From: Euprymna scolopes
Taxonomy: Eukaryota
DNA: 64,000 nucleotides
Assembly: GCA_053919585.1 (NCBI GenBank)
Contig: CM132807.1
Strand: one strand, 5' to 3'
The notes beneath the pieces are model-generated. The model made no database searches. It saw only the letters and a list, made by a program, of their open reading frames with translations, and had not been told where the DNA came from. This document shows positions 1 through 14,349 of the stretch, piece by piece (the first letter of the stretch is position 1; the number at the start of each line of letters is the position of its first letter). Position numbers and translations under genes: made by a program.

Positions 1-888
1 CGCGCACTGTTACAGTTATACGTCACATTAGAACGCTATTATGTGCATATATTAATTATATAAATAGACAAACGTGGAGAACACGACTAAAGATGGGTAT
101 GTTTATTGTGTAATAGACACGCGATGACCAATGTTAACAAATTTTTGGAATTCGCAAGAACAACAACTAATCATACGTTTTCTGTCGGAATACCCAACAA
201 TATAAATAATGTTTTGCACAGCTACTGTTGATTGATGACACTGATAATGGAGTCGACGTTTCAAGCAAATATAGCGTCTTTCGGGAATTGTATCCGGGAT
301 TCTGGGATAATGATATAAAATAAAATAGAATAAATTTAAAAAATAAAATTATAAAAATAATAACGTAAAAATAAAACAAATGTTATTTTTTTTTTTTTTT
401 GTGCGTCACAAAAATTGCGTTTCTATATGAAACAAATCTAAATGTAAAAAACATTTGCAAGGAAAATAATAATTAAATAATCGTGGTTGGTCAACAAGCG
501 ACATTGCAGCTGATTGTAGAATCGGTTGATTGGCAATATTCATATGCATGGCATCGCTTTCATGTTTCAACATCATCCCAATTAGTCCGTGTCATTTAAC
601 GAATAAATGGAGATTCTTGTTTAAACCATGAATGAGATATTTCTGATAATAATTTGTTTTTTCTTTACTCATGGCAGTCTTGATTGCTCCTGTTGCTGGA
701 TTAGTAATGGACATTCTATCTTATTTTATTTGGCTTCATCAGTGATGTTAAGGACAATAGTCCGAAGCAAAACAATTTCAATAATGATAAATTCTCGCAT
801 AGAAACTTTTAATAAAGATCAGTTTGTTTATTGGTGTTCTTTGGCATTTTTGCTTTTGTATGTCTCTCTCTCTCTCTCTCACACACAC

Positions 889-943
<55 letters not shown>

Positions 944-1087
944 CGTAGTTATGTTCAGACCGACTGTTTGGCTTTATAACAGCTCTTCAGTTCGGCTAGG
1001 CTGACACAAATACCAACTCTATATAATCGCACAAAGATTTTGTAAATTATTTCGATTAATATTTCATTAAAAATATATGTATGTATG

Positions 1088-1120
<33 letters not shown>

Positions 1121-1808
1121 GCATACACATATATAAATATATAGATATACATACACTATTTCTTAAAAATATATGTGTATATATGCATATATATATCTGT
1201 ATATATATAATATGTATGGAGAGATATAAATATACAGACATGCATAGCTGTGTGTGTGTGCTTGTGTTTGGATAATCCGAATGCAAAGATTCATCAATCC
1301 ACCCAAAGCCTAACCCAGTTTTAATTAAGAATTTCAAACATGAAAATCATAATATGTTGCATGTAGATCGCAAATAAAAACTTATTTTAATTGAAATTAT
1401 ACTGGCATAGTAGTATGTAACAATTGTATGTGGGTTTTTAAATGCAATATTGTTGGGCTTGATAGATGTGTAATTTTTAAAATTGCATTCATCTTGTTTC
1501 GCTTTCTTACAATATCGTTTCAATGCAAGAATGTTTGGCTTGTTTGCTCCGTAATTGTAAAAATGGCATTTATAATAGCTTCGTAAATCTGAAAACTGCA
1601 TTATCGTATTTTGCTTCAATACAATATTGTTTGGTTTGATTGCTTCGTAATTTGACAATTGCATTGTTCTCATTTTGCGTAATACAATATTTTTATGTTG
1701 TATTTTTTTTAATTGTAATCATCATTTATAGCACTAAAGTATTTATATTTTAAATATTATTAATAAATTTTAATTATGTATAAACACAAACACACGTACA
1801 CATATATA

Positions 1809-1847
<39 letters not shown>

Positions 1848-2203
1848 GTACATATATAAACATTTTCTGTGTGAGTTTCTTTTCTTATAAGTACGGAACG
1901 GCTAGACCGCTTTTTAAAATATTCATCTGATTGCACTTTCTATGTCTGGGAGTGCTCTTAAATATGTTCTGTACGAAATGCCTCCACAATAAGTCTCAGA
2001 AAAATCGATAATCGAAAAAATATTATTTTTGAGTGAACGTTCCGATTTTGACAAACGTTAATAACCTGATGTAGTCTAACAAAACAAGTGAATTTAATAA
2101 TGTTTTAACCTCACAAATAAAATAAAAAAAGTACAGGAATATAGAACCTATGGCAGATTCTTTGATATAATAGAGGCGCGATCAAAATTAATTATTTTGT
2201 TTA

Positions 2204-2282
2204 CAAAACAACTGAACAATGATAGCCGACAAATCAACTGAACAATGATAGCCGACAAAACAACTGAACAATGATAGCCGAC
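2204..2282. repeat. 26-bp tandem repeat x3 (caaaacaactgaacaatgatagccga)
   Basis: Three near-identical adjacent copies read directly. Confidence 0.9.
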
Positions 2283-2816
2283 TTTTGCAGTTTACACTTT
2301 AATTCATGCAATGCAATAAAAACTAATCCTCATTAAATTATTGTTTTATTTTATTTTATTTTTTATTTGCTTATTCACTTTTTTTACTCTCCTTAATATA
2401 ATAGACGCTCCATTTCATGAACTTAGCCATTTACCTGTTTCTCTGACTCGTGGTTCTTAAGTTCATTCTGTCACTTTCACTTGCGTATTTAAGTTGACCT
2501 AATTATTAACGTTAACTTTCGCGCTTTTTGTCTGGGTACGTTTGACCTTGCTTTTCAAATTTAAACTTTCACCGTTTTTTGTTTTTTTTCAAACCTTAAT
2601 TTACTTGATTCCTCCAGGCTTGACAGACGTGTTTTAAATATTCTCTCCAGTGCTTTTTTCTGTGCACATTTGAACTTTTCTTTTAATGATTTTGAATTCA
2701 TTCCATTTTTGGATCATTTTGAACCATTTGTGATTTTACCTGTTGGATTGGAAGTTTTTTAATTCGACCGTGTTTGGATTTTATCATTCTTGGATTTTTT
2801 ACCCTTCACCGGACTA

Positions 2817-3107
2817 TCCATTCATGTGAAATCTTGTTATCATTTTTCTTTTATCTCCTATTCCCCTTACCTCACCCTTTTTTAACCAAGTAAGATCTGT
2901 GACTTACTTGTGGTTTCATTAAATACTTTTACATGCAAAATCCGAACCCACATTTTGCTAATTCCTGCCCTCTGAGAGAAGGAGAGTATTTCTTCGAAAC
3001 TCCGCGGATTAAGGACTATCCACTTATCGTGTGCTTCTTTTTAAAATTAAATATGGTTTTAACACTTTTTCAAGATGTTTTTTAACATGTTTTATTAATT
3101 ATTGTTC

Positions 3108-3108
<1 letters not shown>
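2817..3108 (+). mobile_element. ~290-bp PLE pseudo-LTR-like repeat, copy 1; HHR core has a 1-nt deletion (CTGAGA)
   Basis: Near-identical to 29331-29628; reads ccct-CTGA.GA-gaaggagagtatttcttc-GAAA-ctccgcgga-tta-agg at 2969-3014 and ends in (TA)n. Confidence 0.8.
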
Positions 3109-3144
<36 letters not shown>

Positions 3145-3842
3145 TGTATATATATACATGCAGTGTGATTGTGTTTGTATCCGTCTTTAATATTCTGTTC
3201 CTCGAAACTTACCAGCTACAAAATTGTCTGTTGCGAGAGTATAGTTTCCTCATTCCTATTTGCGTGCTCGGTAAAGTTTACATACAGTCTACTTATAAAT
3301 TATGTATGACAGACTAGAAACACACTAGTTTATATAAAATCGAAACTTAACCATACAGTGGCTTATAAAAATGAGTGAGAGTATATATAAACTCCCATTT
3401 ATTTACGCGTGTTTTCATCGTCGAACCAGAAGACAAGAAGGCAGTGATCGATAATATAGTTATCCGTGATGATAAACAGATTCTACAGGAGAATCGAAAA
3501 ATGGTAGCATGATCGATAATAAATCGCAGACGTCGACTTGTTCGTACGAAAACAGAAAGTCTCGATCTGATGGGCGAATGTTTTAAATCGAATACTTTAT
3601 TACGATTAAATCAAGACAAATGTTATCGGGTATTGTTTCCGTGATTAATCGGCTTCTATGGAAGACACTATTGGACTAAAAAGGGCCATTCATTGACAGC
3701 GATTTTCTATCGTATCTTTCACGAAATTAAGAAAGATAACATTCTGGCAAGAAACAAAGTTTGGTCAACAAAAGAGAAACATGTGAACGTTTGTACATAT
3801 ATGTGTCTGTTTTACAGCATTATTAAATCTTAAGTAACAAAG

Positions 3843-3887
<45 letters not shown>

Positions 3888-3960
3888 TAATATTATTAAT
3901 TTATTATTTATATATTGAATTATTATTTATTTATTTATATAAGCAAATTTACAATATCGC

Positions 3961-4020
3961 TTCACTGACCATGCTAATGTCTCGAACAGATGGGGAGTTA
4001 ACACCACAAATTCTCATCAG
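3961..4020 (-). ncRNA. Decayed hammerhead-like motif
   Basis: Minus strand reads CTGATGA-gaatttgtgg..cccatctgttc-GAGA-cattagcatg-GTC-agtg; GAAA is mutated and the 5' strand of stem I is replaced by poly-T. Confidence 0.45.
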
Positions 4021-4079
4021 AAAAAAAAAAAAAAAAAAAAAAAGCGACTCGTTTTAATTCATTATTCATCACTCCTGAA

Positions 4080-4166
<87 letters not shown>

Positions 4167-4675
4167 CGAAATTCAAGTATCATAGCTTCATTGTTCTCTG
4201 AACAGAAACATCCATTTCGAAAGCGCCGCAGTTTTATCTAAGAACCAACTACTGATTTTATGAAAGTATGTTCACATAATTCCTTTAATGAAACTTAAAC
4301 GTACAAAAGTCAGCTGGCATTGTTCAGTTGCACTCTAAAAAGGAACATTCATTTCGAATTCGCTCTGCCTTACAAAAGAATTTAAGTTTACTATATAGGC
4401 TAGATCTATATGCTTGTGTGGCGATAAAACTTTCTAAATGCACTGATGGTTTCATATTTTATAAAAGTATTAATTTTGGTAGAAATTGGACTTCCTTATT
4501 TAATTGGATTTTTTCGATTATCTATCTCGATTCTTATACTTGCCATTCTAACAGAAAACCTACATAAGAACACTCTCAGACACATCAAAAACCATCATGA
4601 GAAATTTCCAAAGACCAGTCCAACCATTTCCGTGTTCATAGGGAACAAACTCACAGATACACACGGACAACATTT

Positions 4676-4761
<86 letters not shown>

Positions 4762-5113
4762 GGAGGAAAAATTGTAATTATATGCTTAATTTCTTTAACT
4801 ATGTTACACACCTTATAAAACAGTGTTTGGTGTGATTCATTTCTAATTTTTATATCCTATTTTGTAATAGTATCTATATGTATATAGATACGCGATAATT
4901 TTTCGCAATTAATAATAGTACTAAAATGATTACATCACATTATAAAATACTAAAACCTTCTTTAATGTTAATTAAATTTTAAGCAAGCTTATTTAAATAA
5001 AATATATTTTTTTTAGTTTAAAAATATTTGTATTTAAATATGTAAATGCGCGTATTAAATGTAAAAGAGTATTTACTCGTCTGGCAATTTTTGATGGGCT
5101 ATATAAAATCTAT

Positions 5114-5169
<56 letters not shown>

Positions 5170-5170
<1 letters not shown>

Positions 5171-6060
5171 CTATCAATATATATATATAAAGTGAACGTG
5201 TCTGTGTGTGTGGCTGTGTGTGTACATTTCCCTACGCAATAACTTTTCAGTCTGCAGACTCGAAATTTGATATACAGGGTACTGAGCTTCGGGAAAATCT
5301 TTGTGATGTATTTTCGGCCAAAATTTGGCTGTTAAGGGGTCAAAGTTCAACGATTCGACCTTTGCGAACTCTACCAAACTCCTCCGACAATTTTGGGTTT
5401 AAACACTTGAAATTTTAGATATAGGTTCCTTGGACATGGATCTAACTTAATAACTTTATTTGAGCCCAAAATAATAAATGTTAAGGGGACATAATAGGAG
5501 CCAAATTAAAAAAAAATGACTTCTGTGGTCTCTACCAAATTACTTAGAAAATTTCTGGTCTAAGCATTTGAAATTTTACATAAAGGATATTCAGAGATAG
5601 GGCAAGCTTTTTCATCGGTTTGAGTGGAACATTTTTAGTTACCAATATATAAATGTATGTATGTATGTTTGCATGTCTGCCTAAAACTTTCGACATAGGT
5701 GACGGGTTTTTACATGATCAGTATCATTTTGAAGTTCGACTTTTCAGACGACAAATATCGAAAAATTGGCTAAAACATTAATATTTTCACCTTCAACTGG
5801 GCACTTTTCTACAGTGGGTGTCGCTATTTTTAGTCGATATGTTTGAAAGTCAACCCTTTATTTCGATTACCTAGTCTTAATTAAAACCTACGTTACTTCC
5901 AGTTTGCCGCTGATCGTAACAGCAAAGACATCATGTTTTTTAACCGGTCTTTTCCTCTTTCATGGTACGGGTTCGAGCCTGCCTTCCTACGACCACTTTT
6001 TTTCTTTTTGCTCAACACGCACATCCAAACACCCGGGCAACGCTGGCCTTAAATGCTCGT
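5170..6060 (+). mobile_element. Non-autonomous Helitron-like element, family A (composite)
   Basis: Starts a|TC..tatatataaa followed by a gtct/gt microsatellite; ends with hairpin cccgggcaacgctgg and a degenerate CTAG (ctcg); homologous to the inverted copies at 41495-41915 and 60440-61075. Confidence 0.7.
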
Positions 6061-7090
6061 AAACAAATAAACATATATTGCTTTTATATAAAGCGCATAA
6101 TCTATATAGACATAAATGTTTTACTTTTACACTTTGTAAATGGCTTTGTGTAGCATAGTTCATATAAGCGCACGTAAAGTATCAGTACCAGCGAAGGATG
6201 GCTACAATGCCAGCAAGTTAGCAGCAGCTGTTGACTGGTGATAAACTGCATATGCAAATTAGGTGTAAGCTAGAAGAAGGGAATGAGAGAAAAAAATCAA
6301 CACTTGCTTGGAGATAAACAAAGGGCCCGTCGAATTAAATGGGCGTGTGAAGTCGCAGACGAGAAATGGCTGTCTAATTCTAGAAAGAAATACGACATCA
6401 AAGAAAATAGACGTGTAAATGCAAAGGGGAAGAATGGCTAGCTGATGATCACGAAAACCGCGACCACGTAAAATTGGACACGTAGCACCGAGATACACTT
6501 ATAATGTCGTGCTGAAAAAAAATGGTAAAAAGAAAATTCCAATTCGCATTAGTTTATTCTTTTGTTGTTGTTGTTGTTTGTGTTCAATTTGTACATTCCT
6601 TGTTTGAACATCATTTTAATTCAATTGTTTTATATAAAAATACTTTGGAGTTAATTTGAATTAATTAAGCGAATTCATCATAAACTATATAATTATATTT
6701 TCAAAAGATCCTAATATTATTGAAGAAAAGGCACGATTCCACTATATATAAGCGTTGAACTTTGCTTATTTTAAGCTCACGATGAAACGAACGGCAAGTG
6801 TTAGATTTAATTACAACAGTGTTAGAGCAAATTTTAAATTAATTAAGCAAATCCATAATACTTTTATTTTATTTTATTATTAAATAAATGATGATGATTA
6901 GATGTGGGATGTCTGTTTATAATCTACTGTAGACAATGTTTACGGAGATAAGTTTAGACAAGTGTTAATTTGTTTACAACAGTGTTAATATTATATTACT
7001 TGTATTAATTGATCTATTGTGCAACGTTTTGGTCGGATTGTTTGTCGACCTTCTTTTGGTATGTTGGTAATTTTTTTTGAAAACCAAGAA

Positions 7091-7156
<66 letters not shown>

Positions 7157-7166
7157 TTATATAGTA

Positions 7167-7526
7167 AAGGGTGGCCGAAAAGTCCCAGGACACTATGGGG
7201 TTTAATTAAAGGTCAAGTTTCTGGTATAAGATACGAAACCATTGATCAGCTAAAGCATGCGATTATTGCAGCTTTTGCTAGCGTATCAAGGAATTCTCTA
7301 AAAAAATGGCACAAAGAACCTGGAGGCGAATGGAATTGTGGAAGAACAACGAGGGCCAACATACTGATCCCCTAGACTACTAAATTACTCTAGTTGTTTC
7401 CTGCTTTGTTTCTAATAAAGTTCTCTTTTTTTGTTGAATATATATGTTTTCTGTGTGTTTCATTAAAAAATACTGTGTTTTATTAAAAATACATGTATAG
7501 TGTCCTGGGACTTTTCGGCCACCCTG
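7167..7526 (+). mobile_element. Tc1/mariner-superfamily internal-deletion derivative (MITE-like)
   Basis: ~30-bp TIRs (a/c)agggtggccgaaaagtcccaggacactat flanked by TA; retains the transposase C-terminus LWGLIKGQV..TIDQLKHAIIAAF. Confidence 0.9.
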
Positions 7527-7932
7527 TATATGATGAATTAGCTTAATTATATTAAAATTAACTCTTACCATAAAGTTCTGAATTTTATAGGTGAGGGGTG
7601 TCTGTTTATCATCTAAACAATTCAGAACTTTATCGCAATAGTTCATTTTAATATAATTAAGCTAATTCATATTTTATAGAAAAGCATTACTAACATCGTA
7701 CAAGATTTTTACAGATATCGCTTTAGACAAGGTATGAAGCCAATATATAAAGGTGAGAAACTATTTCATAAAATACTTATTCAAAGCCAATAACAACCAA
7801 GCAATATGATCCAGAAAACAGCAATTTTACGTAATTATCAAGCTAGCCATATGCAAAAGATATAATAGAGATAATGTGACAATGAACAATAAAAATAGAT
7901 TCTGTAAGGTATGAAATAATAATAATATTATT

Positions 7933-7972
<40 letters not shown>

Positions 7973-9035
7973 CGTAGTTTACATGGGTCCACATAAGTCA
8001 ATCTTATTTGTGTGGAGCGTAAGGAAAGGATAGATAAGTCCCGTTAAATCAATGAATAGGCGTCATCTTGATAAGCCACTCAATTTAGATATTAAGATGG
8101 TTGTTTTTATCTACCCTGTCGACATTTGACGCCAGGTGGCTTATGTTCCGAATCTTCTTATCGTCAGATAAACTACATTTTTGGGTGGATTTATATTCAT
8201 AGACCTTTTCCACGAATAAATGACTTCTGGTAAATCGAGATAATTGAAAAAAAAACACGTGATCGCTTTGGTAAGTAAACGACACGTAAGTTATTCTAAA
8301 ATTGTGTCTGTGTAAAAATTTAATGTACAAACATTAAATGAACGGTTAACACATAAGAAGCACACACTCTTTTCACACAAATACTTACTCGTTGTGCTTT
8401 TGGGGCGTTGCCTTATAATGGTTAAGAAACAAAATAATTGATAAAAAGTCTTATTTTACATACGTGCACATTTTTCTATCGCTGGGTTCTTATTGGTTAT
8501 AATCTGTTAACTTCAGATACATAAAACTCATGTATAGGTAACAGAGGCTTGTTGGCGGTTTCAACGGTTTTATTGGGGAGATAATTCATTGATTCACGAT
8601 GGATCAAGTCATTTTACACGTGCGTGCCGTCTGCATTCTTTCCATGGTCAATTCCTGCGAGTGTGGCCGCTGATTCTATAAAGGGTGTGATCGTTTGTAA
8701 ACATAAGTCGAATAAAATTCATACGTAGAACAATGAAAAGTTGAGCGGTTTCAGAGGTTTTATTGAGGACAATAGGTTTGTACTTGAGACGAGACACGAA
8801 AAGTAATTACTTATAAAGATAGACTAAAATGAATATATTTCCGTTTAATTTACTTATTTAGCCTTCAAATATGGTATACGACTAGACAATCTTAATTGTC
8901 GGACAGCTTTGGTATGTTTGCTTTCACGACCTTCACGTTTCGAAACTGCGAGTCGGGTATGTAAGGCAATTCCTACCTAATATAATTTTATTACATAGTG
9001 GCAGTTGTATATAACTAGGAGGGGCGTATCGCGAG

Positions 9036-9067
<32 letters not shown>

Positions 9068-9072
9068 CCTAG

Positions 9073-9116
<44 letters not shown>

Positions 9117-9199
9117 CTAGGATGTATAAACGAGGGGACCAAAACATGTATATGTTATATAGTCGTCTATATTATGTACGTTGTGTGTGTGTACCTATA

Positions 9200-9500
9200 A
9201 TAAACAAATCTATGTACCTTCAACAACAGTTCAACAAATGGCCAACATAACATTTTATCAACAACATTTCCTAAAGAACAAAGGATGGAACCTCATCTGA
9301 GAAATTGTATCTTGCCATGCAGGTCAACATTATCGTAATTTATCTGATGATCTTGGTTGAGGAACTGGCCAAAGCTGAAATGAACAGCCATCCAACGACA
9401 CGATCAATAGATTCCGGTTATATTTTAAAACAGCTTTTATTCCAAATGTTTTCGTGTTGGAAGATTGCACGCCTGTTTAGATTCTGAATTGCCCTCGTAC
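9200..9500 (+). pseudogene. Possible decayed GIY-YIG (PLE) fragment
   Basis: Weak motif resemblance (C..VIYLM..MNSH) only. Confidence 0.25.
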
Positions 9501-9989
9501 AGAGTCATTACAGGCCCCGCCTCCAACGCTCCAACACCTTTCGCCCGTCTTCTGATTCTAGCTAACACTATCTCTTCTAAATTCTAACACAGTTATTATA
9601 TATTATACCTAATCATTGCTGTGACGTACATCAACTCACATTCTTTAACATGCTACTTTGAATCATGTTTTCCTAGCTAAATTTATTGTTTTCACCCTAG
9701 GTTTAATCCTTATTTATTCATGTCTACCGCATTCTTTCTACTTTGTTTCTAAGTTCACCTACATTTTTTACTAAACATTTTTCTTTCAAACCATTAACTC
9801 TGCATTCTTTGTTCTACATGTGAGTTAACAAAATAATAATAATTTCCATTATCTAACATATTAACTTTTTTATTAATACTAGTTGATTTTCTTAATCGAC
9901 TATCAGAAAGGCATTATTTGATACATGCTTCTAACGTGATTTATCTGGGGAGCCCAGACGTAACCCCTATCACCTCAATCGCTATCATA

Positions 9990-10873
9990 ATGTGAACGGA
10001 GGAAAACCGCGAACAAAACAACAAAAAGAATGCTACTGCAGCCATATATTGCAAGAGCGACAGGATCCTAATAGAGATTCAGCATGGTTGAAAGACATGC
10101 AGAAAAAGTTACAGCAAATCGAAGAAAGGACAGAGAAGAAAATCAACAAGGAAACAGTCAAGAAAACACTCTACATAATGACACATTTGAGAACATCAGT
10201 CCATGACGGAATAGGCGTCATCTTGATAAGCCACTCAATGCACTGGTTTAAGAAATTCACAACACTACACGAAAGTTTAATTCAGAACCTGGAAAAAGGT
10301 ATTTATGATTCATATGTGCCAGAGTGAATTACTAAATTTAGAACCACACTGTTGCAAAAAGACATTGAAATGGTCAATAACATGTCTACCTACATTAATT
10401 ACAGTTCAACTGAGGGAACAACTTTATCATTCCCTTCATCATTGCGGATCAAGTCCAGAGGAACATAAAAGATGTCAGAAGGAAAGAAGAACTCATTACC
10501 TATTATACATAGACTAAATAATTCTGAGGAAAGTTAAAAGTAGAAAAAGTCACGGAAAGACCGAGGGGAGAAAGCACTAACCAGAGCTCCGCTGGTTGAG
10601 TGCAAAGTTGGCTGGTACCTTGTGGACCCTTATTGCGACCCAAATTCCAGTGCAGACTGACGGTAACTGCTAACAATAAATCAATGCTAAGCGTCTATAG
10701 CAATAAGGCACATTCGTTTTCAAAGGTTATCGAAAAAAAACTGGAGAGTACAGGAAATCCGAGGAGGTTTGTTGTCATTCCGATTCCAGAAAACACCAAA
10801 AATTGTTCTCATATAGAAATCTTTAATGATGGCCTGCTTAAATACTCCTAGTGAGTCATTAATGATAATTATA

Positions 10874-10930
<57 letters not shown>
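9990..10930 (+). mobile_element. Decayed, internally deleted R4/Dong-like non-LTR retrotransposon with (TAA)n tail
   Basis: Motifs NRDSAWLK..V.K.L..DGI..WFKKFTTLH..VPE, ITCLP, PEEHKRCQK, YLLYID match the N-terminal RT region of RLE-type elements; the IEKKLE segment resembles their C-terminus; ends in (AAT)n at 10878-10930. Confidence 0.7.
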
Positions 10931-10932
<2 letters not shown>

Positions 10933-12000
10933 CGATGCTAGTTTAAAACGTTTACAGATACGGTGGGTTCTAATTCCCACTTGAGCAACACGGTAAATCT
11001 AATGCTCGCTAACTCGAAAGGATCGATCAAAACGAAAGAAACAGGTTCTGCCAAAAATACTAAAATATAAGTATGCATACTTTAGATAAGAAATGTCTAA
11101 AAGAATATGAGTGTTAAAAATAACATTTAGACTCATATAAAAATAACTTTTTCATCAGTAAATTTAAATAATGAAAAGTGAACATTTCAAAGTAAAAACA
11201 AATAAATAAAAAGCCTCATCATAATGATAATGAATCCCGTTTATTATTTATTTTTTTTCGCCTTCACCATAAACAAAGCAAATCGACACCTGTATGTAAG
11301 ATGTTTCTATTTGAGAATAACCCTACAAAATATTAACAAGATGTTTGTTCATGTTCAATTCCAACTCCTTTATATCAATACAGTCTGGGAAGCAGATAGC
11401 AAAACTGGAATTCCAAAGTGTAGATGTTCGAGGAAAGAAACTATTAGAGTAAACACTTTCTGCCATTTAGAGACCTCAACACTAAAACGGAGCAAGAGTT
11501 TGTTGCTAAGTTTATTTCTCGAGGATATGTACGTCAAGAGGACACACGTGTAACGAGTTCACCAGAAAACATTTTATCCGTTAATTTGACTTAGTGTTTG
11601 TTATCTCCTTTCACCTAAAGATTTCAATTGTTTTCATCTGACAGTTTTTAATAACAAACTTTTGTGTGAATAGAAGTGTATACTCATATATGAATTATAT
11701 ACAAATAAATACATGTTTTATTAAAGGTTCGCATATATATGAACCGTAATGCGACTCTGATACATTAAATTTATAAATGGGAAGCTATACCTATACTAAA
11801 GCCACCAAAATACCATAAAATATTCATAAAATCAAAATTAAGAAAAAATTTAATAATTGATATGTACAACTATTCTAAAATTCGAAGAATATCTATGATT
11901 TTCATTGCATTTACCCATTTTTTATAAAACTAGATTATATAAATATATTCCCAACAATATAGTTTTTGTGAATTAAAGGCTAATTTACTGTTAACATTCA

Positions 12001-13400
12001 CCTTTACATTCATATATAGTCATAGCATTTATATTCATATACAGTCATACCATTCACATTCATATATAGTCATAACATTTTTATTCATATATAGTCATAA
12101 CATGTATATTCATATATAGTCATAACATTTATATTCATATATAGTCATAACATTTTTATTCATATATAGTCATAACATGTATATTCATATATAGTCAGAA
12201 CATTTATATTCATATATAGTCATTACATTTATATTCATATATAGTCATAACATTTTTATTCATATATAGTCATAACATTTATATGCATATATAATCATAA
12301 CCTTTATATTCATATATATTCATCACATTTATATGCATATATACTCATAACATTTATATTCATTTATAGTCATAACATTTTTATTCATATATAGTCATAG
12401 CATTTATATTCACGTATAGACATAACATTTATATTCATATATAGACATAACATTTATATTCATATATAGTCATAACCTTTATAATCATATATAGTCATAA
12501 CATTTATATTCATATATAGTCATAACATTTATATTCATATATAGACATAACATTTATATTCATGTATAGACATAACATTTATATTCATATATAGTCATAA
12601 CATTTATATTCATATATAGCCATAACATTTATATTCATATATAGACATAACATTTATATTCATGTATAGACATAACATTTATATTCATATATAGTAATAA
12701 CATTTATATTCATATATAGTCATAGCATTTATATTCATGTATGTTCATAACATTATATTCATATATAGTCATAACCTTTATAATCATATATAGTCATAAC
12801 ATTTATATTCATATATAGTTATAACATTTATATTCATGTATAGACATAACATTTATATTCATATATAGTCATAACATTTATATTCACATATAGTCATTAC
12901 ATTTATATTCACATATAGTCATTACATTTATATTCATATATAGTCATAACCTTTATATTCATATATAGTCATTACATTTATATTCATATATAGTCATAAC
13001 ATTTATATTCATATATAGTCATTACATTTATATTCATATATAGTCATAACCTTTATATTCATATATAGTCATTACATTTATATTCACATATAGTCATAGG
13101 ATTTATATTCATATATAGTCATAACATTTTTATTCATATATAGTCATAACATTTATATTCATATATAGTCATTACATTTATATTCATATATAGTCATAGC
13201 ATTTATATTCATGTGTATTCATAACATTTATATTCATATATGGTCATAACATTTATATTCATATATCATCATAACATTTATATTCATATATATTCATCAC
13301 ATTTATATTCATATATAGACATAAAATTTATATTCATATATAGTCATAACAGTTATTTTCATATATAGCCATAACCTTTATATTCATATATTGTCATAAC
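12001..13400. repeat. Minisatellite, 25-bp unit CATATATAGTCATAACATTTATATT, roughly 55 copies
   Basis: Continuous periodic array read directly. Confidence 0.97.
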
Positions 13401-13524
13401 CTCGCAACCGTGTTCGAAAATATTTAATGATTTTTAAGTTGTTAATGAGTAATTTTAAATATACTATGTAATATAGAAAATACATATATCCAAATGTTTT
13501 GATATGTGAGTTTTTAAATCTTTT

Positions 13525-13670
13525 ATATTTGCTTCTCCACAACATGAACCTATATCTTGCTGCCCAACACCTTACATAATACTCCTGTAGCTTATGTCTC
13601 TGATAGTAGCCCCCAACACCAACGTAGCAATATGCATTGTTTGGAGTGAAAGTATAATTTAAAAAATTAC
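13525..13670 (+). mobile_element. Very short 3'-end copy of the LINE at 15655-16458
   Basis: tgatagtagcccccaacaccaacgtagcaatatgcattgtttggagtgaaag matches 16388-16440. Confidence 0.8.
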
Positions 13671-14261
13671 CTTCCCGATTTGTTTATTGCTTATTTTCTA
13701 TTTCTTTTCTTGAAATTGTTAGCGACAAGATTAAATCTTCGTTATAAATATATACGGGAACTATCTCTTTTTTTCTTTCTCTTTTCCTTTACATTGTTGA
13801 CTGAGTGTACAACCGTTTTCGTAACCGATTATGCATTTACTGTTGGACTTTTTAGATTGCAGTTCTTTATACCGACGTAAAACAAAAGAGATTCTAAGGG
13901 TTTTATTTCAATGGTTAATTGACCCACATAAGAGAGATAAATAGATAGATAGGCTATATATCTTTAAGCTTATAAATTCGTAATCTGATCTTTTTAAGAA
14001 TATCATAGTTATTGACGGAGGCTTTTTGCAATTTGTTATATTTTGTTTTTTCAGTGTACGGAAAATTGGCCAAATACCTTTTTGCTTTCGTATGAGCTGT
14101 ATTGTCTGCTGATATCTGTAGCTGCTAGTAAGAAGCTGAACGAAGCTTCTTCATAAAAACGTAGCAACATATTACTGCTTATGTAAAAACAAATGGATAT
14201 CTATATAATTTTTTTTCAAAAATCAATACAACAAAATATAAAATAATAAACTATTTATTTA

Positions 14262-14349
14262 TGTGTTACAATTGTTTCATAACCATTCGGACAAATTTAA
14301 ATATTATATCATTTAAATATATTCCAAAATTAGTTAATCTTCAGACACC
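14262..14349 (-). ncRNA. Type I hammerhead motif with long stem II at the PLE 3' end
   Basis: gtgt-CTGAAGA-[t taacta...tggtta t]-GAAA-caattg-TA-acac; stem I gtgt/acac, palindromic stem III, GUA cleavage triplet. Confidence 0.7.

Noticed and set aside
628-5418. ORFs rich in YI/IY/VC repeats (here and throughout the window)
   Set aside because: Translations of (TA)n/(TG)n microsatellites, not proteins.
9350-9400. CTGATGA..GAAA..TC hammerhead candidate
   Set aside because: No stem I pairing and a poor stem II closure.
12001-13400. CRISPR-like periodicity (also 23793-24042)
   Set aside because: No unique spacers, no cas genes, eukaryotic context.
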